A stretch of DNA of 64,000 bases from Halomonas sp. (GTDB lineage Bacteria; Pseudomonadota; Gammaproteobacteria; Pseudomonadales; Halomonadaceae): contig JBKHEO010000004.1 in the NCBI GenBank assembly GCA_046540755.1, positions 1,072-65,071 of the forward strand, given 5' to 3'. The number at the start of each line of letters is the position of its first letter. The stretch's first letter is position 1. Positions 38,966 through 48,891 of the stretch are shown here, piece by piece. The notes under the pieces are model-generated. The model was not told the origin of the DNA. It saw only the letters and a list, made by a program, of their open reading frames with translations, and ran no database searches. The translations under genes and the position numbers were made by a program.

Positions 38966-40537
38966 TCAGCCCTCGTCGAGGTCCGCCCCGGACTTCCACG
39001 ACCAGTCGCGCCAGCGCAGGTCGAAGAGGTCCTTGCGGCGGTCCTTGAGGTTGGTCACCGAGCCCTCGTTGCGCACCATGGTCAGCCGCGTCAGGTCGAG
39101 GTCCGAGAACATGATCATCTCGGTGTTGGGGGTGGTCTCGGAGAGCACGGCATCGTGGGGGAAGGCGAAGTCCGAGGGCGAGAAGACCGACGACTGGGCG
39201 TACTGGATCTCCATGTTCTCGATGGAGGGCACGTTGCCCACGCTGCCGCACAGCACCACGTAGCACTCGTTCTCGATGGCCCGGGCCTGGGCGCAGTGGC
39301 GTACCCGCAGGTAGCCATTCTTGGTGTCGGTCCAGAAGGGCACGAAGAGGATGTCCATCTCCTGATCGGCCAGCAGCCGCGGCAGCTCCGGGAACTCCAC
39401 GTCGTAACAGATCAGGATGCCGATGCGCCCGGCGTCGGTGTCGAACACCTGCAGGTCGTCGCCGCCCTCGATCACCCAGTCGCGGCGCTCCTGGGGAGTG
39501 ATGTGCAGCTTGGCCTGGCGCTCCAGGGTGCCGTCGCGGTGGCAGAGGTAGGAGACGTTGTAGAGGCGCTCGTCCTTGCCCACCTCGATCATCGAGCCGG
39601 CGATGATGTTGATGTTGCAGGAGACCGCCATGCGCGAGAGCTCGGTCTTGAACTGCTCGCTGAAGCTGGCCAGGAAGCGGATGGCGGCCATCTGGTCCTG
39701 CTGGGCGGCGCGGTCCTGGAGGCCCATCAGCGGGGCGTTGAACAGCTCCGGGAAGACCGCGAAGTCGCTCTTGTAGTCGGAGAGGGCGTCGACGAAGTAC
39801 TCCACCTGCTGCAGCACCGCCTCCACGGAGTCGAACTCGCGCATCTGCCACTGCACGGCACCCACCCGGACCTGGGTCTTGCGGGTGTCGAGCACCAGCT
39901 CGGCGGGTTCGTAGAGGAAGTTGTTCCACTCCAGCAGGGTGGCGTAGCCCTGGGAGCGCTCGTCCTCGGGGAGGTAGTCCCGCAGCAGGCGCTTGACCTG
40001 GAAGTCGTTGGCCAGCTGGAAGGAGAGGATGGGGTCGTGGATCTCCTTGCGCGCCACCCGGTCGATGTACTGGGTGGGGGTGAGCTCCTCGGCGTGCTGG
40101 TGGTACTGGGGGATGCGCCCGCCGGCGAGGATCGCTCGCAGGTTGAGCGAGCGGCACAGCTCCTTGCGGGCGTCGTAGAGGCGCCGGCCCAGGCGGTAGC
40201 CGCGGTAGTCGGGGTGAATCAGTACGTCCAGCCCGTACATGGCGTCGCCCTCGGGGTCGTCGAGGATCACCTCGCGCTTGCCGATCAGGTCGTCGTACTT
40301 GTGCGGGTTGGTGAACTCGTCGTAGTCGACCCGCACGGACAGGGCGATGCCCACCAGGCGACCGTCGTCCTCGATGGCGATCTGGCCGTCGGGGAAGGAC
40401 TCGATCAGCTTCTCGATGGTGTGCCGCGACCAGGCCCCGCCGATGTCGTGGTAGACCGCGTCCATCAGCGACTCGAGCTGGGGGTAGTCGTCCAGCGTCA
40501 GGTTGCGAAGCGTGAGGTGGAGGTCGTCGAGGGACAT
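38966..40537 (-). CDS. Fused GNAT acetyltransferase / carbon-nitrogen hydrolase
   Basis: N-terminal GNAT (HPDYRGYRLGRRLY); C-terminal nitrilase triad FPE / QAKLH / ICYDVEFP, ARAIENECYV. Confidence 0.9.
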   Translation of the reverse strand: MSLDDLHLTLRNLTLDDYPQLESLMDAVYHDIGGAWSRHTIEKLIESFPDGQIAIEDDGRLVGIALSVRVDYDEFTNPHKYDDLIGKREVILDDPEGDAMYGLDVLIHPDYRGYRLGRRLYDARKELCRSLNLRAILAGGRIPQYHQHAEELTPTQYIDRVARKEIHDPILSFQLANDFQVKRLLRDYLPEDERSQGYATLLEWNNFLYEPAELVLDTRKTQVRVGAVQWQMREFDSVEAVLQQVEYFVDALSDYKSDFAVFPELFNAPLMGLQDRAAQQDQMAAIRFLASFSEQFKTELSRMAVSCNINIIAGSMIEVGKDERLYNVSYLCHRDGTLERQAKLHITPQERRDWVIEGGDDLQVFDTDAGRIGILICYDVEFPELPRLLADQEMDILFVPFWTDTKNGYLRVRHCAQARAIENECYVVLCGSVGNVPSIENMEIQYAQSSVFSPSDFAFPHDAVLSETTPNTEMIMFSDLDLTRLTMVRNEGSVTNLKDRRKDLFDLRWRDWSWKSGADLDEG

Positions 40538-40823
40538 GGCGCATCCTTGGTCGGCCAGGGGCAGAGCGGAAAGTCTAGCACGCTCGCCCGGCCCTCCTGC
40601 GAGCCGTCCGTTCACCGTGGGGCTGGGGACCTCCTTTGCGCCGGGGACCGGCGTCAACTGGGCCACCATCAGCGCCTGCCACCCTGCTCAGCATCGCGCC
40701 ACTGCTGGTCGCTTTTCGGCTTTTCCAGCGCCAGTTCGTGCAGTCGTTCCTCAGGGCGGGGATTCGCTGAGAAAGGTCGATTGACTACCCTTGGGGTGAA
40801 CACATGATCCAAGGGGAGCTGCC

Positions 40824-41591
40824 ATGGCTCAAGGACAGTCGGCAGGGCAGGACAATCGCGCTCGGCTTTACCGCATGGTCATGGAGGAGCACCTTTGCCC
40901 CTTCGGACTGAAGAGCAAGGATCTGCTGGAGCGCAAGGGGTTCGATGTCGAGGATCACCACCTGACCACGCGGGAGGAGACGGAGGCCTTCATGCAGGAG
41001 CAAGGGGTGGAGACGACACCCCAAGCGTTCATCGATGGCCGGCGCATCGGCGGTTACGACGAGCTGCGGGAATATTTCGGCCTGGACTCGCCGGACGAGG
41101 ACGAGACCACCTACCAGCCGGTGATCGCGCTGTTTGCGACGGCTCTGCTGATGGGGTTTGCCGTCAGCTGGACCGCCACCGGCTCTCTTCTGAGCTCCCG
41201 GATGCCGGAGTATTTCGTGGCTATCGCCATGGCCCTGCTGGGGCTGCAGAAGCTCAAGGACGTGGAGGGCTTCAGCACGATGTTCCTCAACTACGATCTC
41301 CTGGCCCAGCGCCAGGTGCGCTACGGCTACGTTTATCCCTATGCCGAGACGCTGGCGGGCATCCTGATGCTGGCGGGTGCCCTGGTGTGGCTGGCCGCGC
41401 CCATGGCGCTGTTCATCGGTACGGTGGGTGCCGTCTCGGTCTTCAAGGCCGTCTACCTCGACAAGCGTGAGCTAAAGTGCGCCTGTGTGGGCGGCGACAG
41501 CAAGGTGCCGCTGGGTTTCGTGTCGCTGACCGAGAACCTGATCATGGTCGGCATGGGCCTCTGGATGCCGTTGCGCCTTTACGTTCTCTAG
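40824..41591 (+). CDS. Glutaredoxin-MauE/DoxX membrane fusion protein
   Basis: CPFG, TTPQ.FIDG.RIGGYD, then TM segments with F.NYDLLA, YP.AE, CACVG, LG.VSLTEN. Confidence 0.85.
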   Translation: MAQGQSAGQDNRARLYRMVMEEHLCPFGLKSKDLLERKGFDVEDHHLTTREETEAFMQEQGVETTPQAFIDGRRIGGYDELREYFGLDSPDEDETTYQPVIALFATALLMGFAVSWTATGSLLSSRMPEYFVAIAMALLGLQKLKDVEGFSTMFLNYDLLAQRQVRYGYVYPYAETLAGILMLAGALVWLAAPMALFIGTVGAVSVFKAVYLDKRELKCACVGGDSKVPLGFVSLTENLIMVGMGLWMPLRLYVL

Positions 41592-41662
41592 GGCCGTTAG
41601 CTGTGATCTATCGTCGATTGCGAAGCGAAGGCGTTCGCAATTGAGGTGCATAATATCGAACT

Positions 41663-42562
41663 TCATAAGGGGCTCGGCGTCCTGCATGCCAGTGGCTTTG
41701 TCAGCGTCTGGGCCATGATCACCCCGGCCAGTATCAGCGCGCCGCCCAGGAAGTGGAACAGCGCCATGCGCTCGCCCAGGGCGAGCATGGCGATGATGGC
41801 GCTGAACAGCGGCATCAGGTTGATGAAGATGCTCGCCTGGCTGGCGCCGATCCGGCGGATGGCGAGCATCCACAGGAAGGTGGTGACGATGGAGGCAGGG
41901 ATGCCGGCGTACACGATCAGCCCGACATTGCCCGCATCCACCGGCGTCATCGGCCCCAGCAGGTAGGGCGGGAGCAGGAAGAGCACCGCGAAGATCACCT
42001 GGGCATAGAGCACCACCCAGGGCGGCAGATCCAGCGGCCAGCGCCTGAGCATCACGCCGTAGAGGGCGTAGCAGGTGGCGGCCACCAGCATCAGCGCATC
42101 GCCCACCGCGACCTCCAGGTCGAGTAGGGAAGCGGGGTTGCCGCGACCCAGCAGCACCAGCACGCCGACCAGGGCCGCACCGCCGCCCAGGGTGCCGCCG
42201 AGCGTCGGTGCCTCCCGCAGGATCAGGGCGCTGAGCAGTACGGTGAGCAGCGGCACCAGGGCGGCCAGGATACCCATGTTGGTGGCGCTGGTGGTTTCGG
42301 CCGCCACGTAGGCGAGCCCCTGCCACAGTCCCATGCCCAGCAGGCCCAGCACGGCGAGCTTCGGCCACTCGCGACGGATCGTCGCCCGATGCTGCCAGGC
42401 CGCCGGGGCCAGAAAAGGGGTGAGCACCGCGAGCGCCAGCACCCAGCGCAGGAAGGCGATGCTGCTCGGTGCGATGGCGCCGACGGTGAGCTGGTTGATG
42501 GTCATGTTGCCCGACCAGATCAGCACGGCGCCGAGCGGGGGCAGGAAGTGCAGGGGAGACAT
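41663..42562 (-). CDS. DMT/EamA-family transporter
   Basis: IWSGN, AFLRW, LAYVA..TTSATN.GI, GASQASIFINLMP; about 10 TM segments. Confidence 0.88.
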   Translation of the reverse strand: MSPLHFLPPLGAVLIWSGNMTINQLTVGAIAPSSIAFLRWVLALAVLTPFLAPAAWQHRATIRREWPKLAVLGLLGMGLWQGLAYVAAETTSATNMGILAALVPLLTVLLSALILREAPTLGGTLGGGAALVGVLVLLGRGNPASLLDLEVAVGDALMLVAATCYALYGVMLRRWPLDLPPWVVLYAQVIFAVLFLLPPYLLGPMTPVDAGNVGLIVYAGIPASIVTTFLWMLAIRRIGASQASIFINLMPLFSAIIAMLALGERMALFHFLGGALILAGVIMAQTLTKPLACRTPSPL

Positions 42563-42733
42563 CGCGGTTCCGTATCCGTTGAAAACCGGCCGGTCATGGC
42601 CAGGGGAGTCGAAGGGGCACATGGTAGACTGAACCTGTTCCTCATTCCCATCGCGCGAGGCCGTTTCCCATGAACGACTCCAGGGATCCTGACGATCCCG
42701 GCATGACTTCCCCCCCATGCCGAGACCAGTGAC

Positions 42734-44225
42734 ATGCAGACCGACTATGTCGTCGGTCAGGACAACATCGAGGGGCAGTTGGGGCCTATCGGGTTCGACA
42801 TCCACAACCGGGTGTTCGTCGTCTCGGCGCTGACCTCGGTGGTATTCATCCTGCTCACCCTGCTGTTTCCCGAGCGGGCGGGAAGTCTCTTCCAGTCCAT
42901 CGTCGGCTTCTCGACCGGCAGCCTGGACTGGTACTTCATGATCGTCTTGGACTTCTTCATCCTGTTCTGCGTGGCGCTGGTACTGTTGCCTTATGGCTCG
43001 GTGCGGCTGGGTGGCCCCGACGCCCGGCCCGAGTACGGCTACCTCTCCTGGTTCTCGATGCTGTTCGCCGCGGGCATCGGCATCGGGCTTCTGTTCTTCG
43101 GGGTGCTGCCGGTCTATCACGCCAACGTCTCGCTCCCCCTGGGGGTGACGTCCCCCTTCGGCGGCGACGGGGAGCTCGACACCGCGGCGATCGCCGACGC
43201 CAGCGCCCTGGGGCTTGCCGGCACTTACCTGCACTGGGGGCTGCACGGCTGGGCCGTCTATGTGGTGATGGCGCTGGCCCTCTTTACCTACAACAAGGGG
43301 CTGCCGTTCTCCATCCGCTCGGCCTTCTTCCCGATCCTCGGTGACCGTGTGTGGGGCTGGTGGGGACACGTGATCGATATCCTGGCGGTCTTCTCGACCC
43401 TGTTCGGGCTAGCCACTTCCCTGGGACTCGGCGCGCAGCAGGCCAACGCGGGCATGAACTTCGTGTTCGGCCTGGAGGTCAGCACCAGCTTCCAGGTCAT
43501 CACCATCATCCTGGTGACTGCCGTGGCGATGGTCTCGGTGTGGCGTGGCCTCGATGGCGGCGTCAAGAAGCTCTCCGAGATCAACATGGTGCTGGCCGTG
43601 CTGTTCTTCCTGTTCGCCTGCCCGACCCTGCTGGCCCTGAGCGGCTTCTGGACGGGGCTCGTGACCTATGTGACGGACTTCATCCCGCTGTCGGCGCCCT
43701 TCGGCCGGGAAGATGACGCCTTCCGCGAGGCCTGGACCATCTTCTACTGGGCCTGGTGGATCAGCTGGGCGCCCTTCGTGGGTATGTTCATCGCGCGGGT
43801 GTCCCGCGGGCGCACGGTGCGGGAGTTCATCGTGTCGGTGCCTGGTCAAGGAGTACGTGATCGACAACTACAGCCCGGAGCTGTCGCTGTTCGGGATGCT
43901 CAAGGAGTTGCCGCTGACCGGGCTGATGTCCACCCTGGCCATCTTCCTGGCGCTGGTCTTCTTCGTCACCTCCTCGGATTCCGGCTCGCTGGTGATCGAT
44001 ACCATCACCGCCGGCGGCAAGATCGACGCGCCGCGCACGCAGCGCATGTTCTGGGCGGCGGTGGAGGGGTTGATCGCCATCGTGCTGTTGCTCGGGGGCG
44101 GCCTCTCGGCGCTGCAGGCCGGGGTCACCGCGACGGCGATCCCGTTCTCGGTGGTGATGCTGCTGATGTGCTACACCATCGTCCGGGCACTCGACGGCGA
44201 ACTGCGGCGACATCGCGGCGGATAG
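42734..44225 (+). pseudogene. BCCT (betaine/carnitine/choline) transporter, frameshifted with deletions
   Basis: WFSMLFAAG.G, HWGLHGW, WAWWISWAPFVGMFIARVSRGRTVREF in one frame; FFVTSSDSGSLVID...GGGLSALQ in another; junction near 43841; span of 1492 bp is not a multiple of 3. Confidence 0.88.
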
Positions 44226-44266
44226 GCCGGGTGGCTGGCAGGGCGCCTCTCAGGCCCGGCGCACAG

Positions 44267-44302
44267 ACGACACAGGCCCCACCGAGGTGGGGCCTGTGTC
44301 GT
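44267..44302. terminator. Bidirectional terminator hairpin
   Basis: 16-bp stem acgacacaggccccac / gtggggcctgtgtcgt between convergent genes. Confidence 0.8.
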
Positions 44303-44339
44303 TACCGCGTCCGGGAAGGCTCGGGCGAAAGGGGGCGCC

Positions 44340-44741
44340 TCAGGCGATGGCGGCGACGCCGGCGCGGGCGATCTGCACGTCCTGGTCGGGCTTGACGCCG
44401 GAGATGCCCACGGTGCCGGCGACCTCGCCGTCCACCAGCACCGGCACGCCGCCGGCCAGCAGCGACTGCATGGGGGCGGTGACGAAGGCGGTGCGGCCGC
44501 CGTTGATCATCTCCTCGAAGGCCTGGGTCTCGCGACGGCCGATGGCGGCGTTGCGCGCCTTCTGGGCGGCCACCTCGGCGCTGAAGGGCGGGGCGGCGTC
44601 CAGGCGGCGCAGGCCGAGCAGGTGGCCGCCGTCGTCGGCCACGGCGATGGTCACGGCCCAGGCGTTGGCCTCGGCCTCCTGCTGGGCGGCATCGAGGATG
44701 GCGTTGACGTCGGTCAGGGTCAGGGCAGGCTTGGTCTTCAT
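44340..44741 (-). CDS. glcG: GlcG haem-binding protein
   Basis: MKTK..L, W.VTIAVADDGGHLL.L.R.D, KAR.AA..RRET..FEEMINGGRTAFVTAP, G.SGVK. Confidence 0.92.
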   Translation of the reverse strand: MKTKPALTLTDVNAILDAAQQEAEANAWAVTIAVADDGGHLLGLRRLDAAPPFSAEVAAQKARNAAIGRRETQAFEEMINGGRTAFVTAPMQSLLAGGVPVLVDGEVAGTVGISGVKPDQDVQIARAGVAAIA

Positions 44742-44753
44742 GGTTCTCTCCTT

Positions 44754-45989
44754 TCAGGGGGTCAGGGCTTCGTCGACGATCTCGATCCAGTGGCGAACGG
44801 GCGTGCGGTTGGCGCCGGCCAGGTGCGTCTGGCAGCCGATGTTGGCGGTGACGATCACCTCGGGATTGCCGGCCTCGAGGTTGTCCAGCTTGTTGTCGCG
44901 CAGCTGCTTCGAGAGCTCGGGCTGGGTGATGGAGTAGGTGCCTGCGGAGCCGCAGCAGAGGTGGGCGTCGGCCACCGGGGTCAGCGCGAAGCCGAGCCTC
45001 GTCAGCACGCCCTCCACGGCGCCGCCGAGCCTCTGGGCATGCTGCAGGGTGCAGGGGCAGTGGAAGGCGAGCCGGCGGCCCTGCTTCACCTGGAGGTCGT
45101 CGAGGGCCTCGTCGCGCAGCACCTCGACCAGGTCCTTCGCCAGCTCGCTCACCCGGGCGGCCTTGTCGGCGTAGTCGGGGTCGTCGGCCAGTATCTCGGC
45201 ATACTCCTTGACGAAGGCGCCGCAGCCGCTGGCGGTCTGCACGATGGCTTCGGCCCCGGCCTCGATATGGGGCCACCAGGCGTCGATGTTGGCCCGCGCC
45301 CGGGCGCGCCCCTCGTCCTGGGCATTCAAGTGGAAATCGATGGCCCCACAGCAGCCGGCTTCGGCCACCGGGGTCAGGCCGATGCCGAGGCGGTCGAGCA
45401 CCCGGGCGGTGGCGGCGTTGGTGTTGGGCGAGAGGCCCGGCTGCACGCAGCCCTCCAGAATCAACATCCGTCGGGCGTGCTGCTTGCCCTCGGGGCGCTG
45501 GCCGGCATCCACCGGGGCCGGGGGCATCTTGTCGCGGAGTGCGCCCGGCACCAGCGGCTTGAAGGTCAGCCCCAGCTTGAGCAGCACCTGGAAGCGCTTG
45601 GGCTCCACCAGCGCCTTGCGCAGGCCGAAGCGCAGCGCGCGCTCGGCGGGCTTGCGGGGCACCCGGCGCTCGATCTCGGCGCGGCCGATGTCGAGCAGCT
45701 TGTGGTACTCCACCCCCGAGGGGCAGGTGGTCTCGCAGTTGCGGCAGGTCAGGCAGCGGTCGAGGTGAAGCCGGGTCTCCTCGGTCACCTTGTCGCTGCC
45801 CTCGGGGGCCTCGAGCATCTCCTTCATCAGGTAGATGCGCCCGCGCGGGCCGTCGCGCTCGTCACCCAGCAGCTGGTAGGTGGGGCAGGTGGCGTTGCAG
45901 AAGCCGCAGTGCACGCAGGTGCGCAGCACCCGATCGGCCTCGCGGATATGCGGCTTCTGGAGGTCTTCCGCGGTGAAGTGCGTCTGCAT
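44754..45989 (-). CDS. glcF: Glycolate oxidase Fe-S subunit
   Basis: CVHCGFCNATCPTY, DGPRGRIYL, CLTCRNCETTCPSGV, CCGA, CCGSAGTYS. Confidence 0.96.
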   Translation of the reverse strand: MQTHFTAEDLQKPHIREADRVLRTCVHCGFCNATCPTYQLLGDERDGPRGRIYLMKEMLEAPEGSDKVTEETRLHLDRCLTCRNCETTCPSGVEYHKLLDIGRAEIERRVPRKPAERALRFGLRKALVEPKRFQVLLKLGLTFKPLVPGALRDKMPPAPVDAGQRPEGKQHARRMLILEGCVQPGLSPNTNAATARVLDRLGIGLTPVAEAGCCGAIDFHLNAQDEGRARARANIDAWWPHIEAGAEAIVQTASGCGAFVKEYAEILADDPDYADKAARVSELAKDLVEVLRDEALDDLQVKQGRRLAFHCPCTLQHAQRLGGAVEGVLTRLGFALTPVADAHLCCGSAGTYSITQPELSKQLRDNKLDNLEAGNPEVIVTANIGCQTHLAGANRTPVRHWIEIVDEALTP

Positions 45990-46008
45990 GGTGGCGTCTC
46001 CCCGTGTC

Positions 46009-47112
46009 TCAGAATGCCGCGTAGAGCCGGCCCGGGTTGAAGATCCCCTTGGGGTCCAGCTGGGTCTTGAGGTTGCGGTGGTACTTCTCGACCACCGGTT
46101 CGAGCGGGGTGAAGGGGGCATCCACCGTCGTGCCGCCGGCGCCTCGCCAGCAGGTGGCGTGGCCACCGGCCCGGCGCGCCACCGCGCGGATCGTCTCGTC
46201 ATCGGCGTCGCTGCGCACCCAGCGCTGGGTGCCGGCCCAGTCGTAGAGCATGTCGGTCTCGGCGGTCACGCCCGGGATCTCGAGAGCCGGGGTATGGTGG
46301 GGCAGCGAGAGCCGCCACAGCGCTCTGGGGTCCTCGGCGCTGAAGAAGTCCAGCCGCTGCTCGCGCAGGGCGTCCCAGAAGCCCTCGAGCAGCTCGTCAC
46401 CGCCCAGGCGCTCGGCGGTGGCCGCCACCGAGCTGGGGCCGCCCTCCAGGCGCAGGTGCAGGGCGCCCTCGAGCCAGGCGGCGGCGGTGATGGGAAGCGG
46501 CTGGCGGCCCCACTCGGCGAGCCGCTCCAGGGCGTCGGCCAGCGGCATGTCGAGGTGCAGGCTGCGGCTGGCGCCGGGCAGCGGCAGCACCTTCATCGAG
46601 ACCTCGGTGATCAGCCCCAGGGTGCCCTGGGCACCCACCATCAGGCGCGAGAGGTCATAGCCGGCGACGTTCTTCATCACCTGGCCGCCGAAGCGCTGCT
46701 CGCTGCCCTGGCGCATGATGATGCGGGTGCCCAGCACGAAGTCGCGCACGCTGCCGGCCCAGGGGCGGCGCGGGCCGGAGAGGCCGGTGGCGATCATGCC
46801 GCCCACGGTGGCGTTGTCGCCGAAGTGGGGCGGCTCGCAGGGCAGCATCTGCCCCTGGGCGGCCAGTACCGCCTCGAGCTCACGAAGTGGCGTGCCGGCG
46901 CGCACCGAGACGATCAGCTCCACCGGGTCGTACTCGGTGATGCCGCGGTGCTCGCGGGTCGAGAGCGCCTCGCCCTCGACGGGGCGGCCGTAGAAGGCCT
47001 TGGTGTCGCCGCCGACGAGGCGCAGCGGGGTGCCCTCGGCCTCGGCGCGGCGGATGCGATCGGCCAGCGCCTCGCTGGCGTCATGGCTCGGGATGTCGTT
47101 CATGGTCACCAT
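46009..47112 (-). CDS. glcE: Glycolate oxidase FAD subunit
   Basis: GGDTKAFYG, YDPVEL, GLSGPRRPWAGSVRDFVLG, FGGQVMKNVAGYDLSRL, DPKGIFNPGR. Confidence 0.96.
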   Translation of the reverse strand: MVTMNDIPSHDASEALADRIRRAEAEGTPLRLVGGDTKAFYGRPVEGEALSTREHRGITEYDPVELIVSVRAGTPLRELEAVLAAQGQMLPCEPPHFGDNATVGGMIATGLSGPRRPWAGSVRDFVLGTRIIMRQGSEQRFGGQVMKNVAGYDLSRLMVGAQGTLGLITEVSMKVLPLPGASRSLHLDMPLADALERLAEWGRQPLPITAAAWLEGALHLRLEGGPSSVAATAERLGGDELLEGFWDALREQRLDFFSAEDPRALWRLSLPHHTPALEIPGVTAETDMLYDWAGTQRWVRSDADDETIRAVARRAGGHATCWRGAGGTTVDAPFTPLEPVVEKYHRNLKTQLDPKGIFNPGRLYAAF

Positions 47113-47148
47113 GTCGTCCTGTCTCTCGGCCTGTCTCTTGCTCAGCTC

Positions 47149-48639
47149 TCAGGCGTGGGTCGGCGCGGGCGCGTCGCCGGCGCTCTTGGTCAGGCGGAAC
47201 TCGGAGCAGCGCGCCGGCGTGGGGATGTTCTTGCCCGGGTTGAGCAGCCCCTGCGGGTCGAAGGCCGCCTTGGCGGCGCGGAAGGTGACAAGCTCGGCCG
47301 GGCTGAACTGCACGCACATCTGGTGGATCTTCTCGCGTCCCACGCCGTGCTCGCCGGTGATGGTGCCGCCCACCTCGACGCAGAGCTCGAGGATGCGACC
47401 GCCGAGCGCCTCGGCGCGCTCGAATTCGCCGGGCTGGTTGGCATCGAAGAGGATCAGCGGGTGCATGTTGCCGTCGCCGGCGTGGAAGACGTTGGCCACG
47501 CGCAGGCCGTACTCCTCGCCGAGATCGCCGATGCCCTTGAGTACCCGGGCCAGCTCGCGGCGCGGGATGGTGCCGTCCATGCAGTAGTAGTCCGGCGACA
47601 TGCGGCCCACCGCGGGGAAGGCGTTCTTGCGCCCGGCCCAGAACAGCGCTCGCTCGGCCTCGTCGCGGGCCTGCTGGATGTCGGTGGCGCCGGCCTGCTC
47701 CAGCACGCGGCGCACGGTCTGGCAGTCGTCGTCGACGTCGGCCTCGACGCCGTCCAGCTCGCAGAGCAGGATCGCCTCGGCCTCCACCGGGTAGCCGGCG
47801 CCGATGAAGTCCTCGGCGGCGCGGATCGCCAGGTTGTCCATCATCTCCAGCCCCCCGGGGATGATGCCGGCGGCGATGATGGCGCCCACGGCGTCGCCAG
47901 CCTTCTCGATGTCGTCGAAGCTGGCCATCAGCACCTTGGCGGTCTCGGGCTTGGGCAGCAGCTTGACGGTGATTTCGGTGACCACCCCGAGCATGCCCTC
48001 GGAGCCGTTGAACAGCGCCAGCAGGTCGAAGCCGGGGGCGTCCAGGGCGTCGGAGCCCAGGGTCATGCGCTCGCCCTCGATGGTCAGCACCTCGACCCTG
48101 ATGACGTTGTGGACGGTGAGGCCGTACTTGAGGCAGTGCACCCCGCCGGCATTCTCGGCCACGTTGCCACCGATGGAGCAGGCGATCTGGGAGGAGGGGT
48201 CCGGGGCGTAGTAGAGCCCGTAGGGGGCGGCCGCCTCGGAGATCGCCAGGTTGCGCACCCCGGGCTGGACCCTCGCGGTGCGCGCATCGGGGTCGATTTC
48301 GAGGATGCGGTTGAAGCGCGACAGCACCAGCAGCACACCGTGCTCCAGGGGCATGGCGCCGCCGGAGAGGCCGGTGCCGGCGCCGCGGGTGACCACCGGC
48401 ACGCCCAGGGCGTGGCAGCGCTTGAGCAGGGTCTCGACCTGCTCGAGGGTCTCGGGCAGGGCGACCAGCATGGGCAGGGCGCGGTAGGCGGAGAGGCCGT
48501 CGCACTCGAAGGGGCGCAGGTCCTCCTCGCGATGCAGCAGGGTCATGCCGGGCAGGGCCTGGCGCAGGTCGGCCAGCACCTCGGGCTGGGCGATGCGGGG
48601 CGGCTCGCCATCGAGCCGGGCGTCATACTGGGTGTTCAT
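47149..48639 (-). CDS. glcD: Glycolate oxidase subunit
   Basis: ECDGLSAY, RGAGTGLSGGA, YAPDPSSQIACSIGGN.AEN.GG.HCLKYG, FHAGDGNMHP, GEHGVG.EK. Confidence 0.96.
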   Translation of the reverse strand: MNTQYDARLDGEPPRIAQPEVLADLRQALPGMTLLHREEDLRPFECDGLSAYRALPMLVALPETLEQVETLLKRCHALGVPVVTRGAGTGLSGGAMPLEHGVLLVLSRFNRILEIDPDARTARVQPGVRNLAISEAAAPYGLYYAPDPSSQIACSIGGNVAENAGGVHCLKYGLTVHNVIRVEVLTIEGERMTLGSDALDAPGFDLLALFNGSEGMLGVVTEITVKLLPKPETAKVLMASFDDIEKAGDAVGAIIAAGIIPGGLEMMDNLAIRAAEDFIGAGYPVEAEAILLCELDGVEADVDDDCQTVRRVLEQAGATDIQQARDEAERALFWAGRKNAFPAVGRMSPDYYCMDGTIPRRELARVLKGIGDLGEEYGLRVANVFHAGDGNMHPLILFDANQPGEFERAEALGGRILELCVEVGGTITGEHGVGREKIHQMCVQFSPAELVTFRAAKAAFDPQGLLNPGKNIPTPARCSEFRLTKSAGDAPAPTHA

Positions 48640-48772
48640 GCGGACTCCCCATGCGTCTCGTCAGGGCGGAACGGCCGGTCGCGGCGCGCCCCGGTCACGG
48701 CGGAGGGCGCGCCTGGCGGCACAACTGGCCACTATCGTGGCAGTACTGGCGCTGCTGTCCAGTCTGTGGTGC

Positions 48773-48803
48773 ACTGGTCAGACCAGTAATTGGTCTACTA
48801 TTT
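48773..48803. promoter_or_regulatory. Tandem FadR/GntR-type operators (candidate GlcC sites) in the glcD-glcC divergent region
   Basis: Perfect palindrome ACTGGTC-A-GACCAGT (48773-48787) followed by aattggtctactattt. Confidence 0.7.
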
Positions 48804-48891
48804 GGAAGTATTTTCCAGTGTATGCTCCAAGCCTAACCGCGCGTCGCCCGGACCGCCACCGTGGCGATGCCCCCTGTGCGAGGAGGAGCCC

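Noticed and set aside
40670-40780. Short minus-strand stretch that reads like coding sequence (ERLHELALEKPKSDQQW)
   Set aside because: No start codon, RBS or recognisable family; too short to support a pseudogene call
41592-41662. Hairpin (attgcgaa/ttcgcaat) with a nearby GTTAG, considered as an integron attC site
   Set aside because: Lacks complementary RYYYAAC/GTTRRRY ends and there is no integrase; better explained as a terminator between convergent genes
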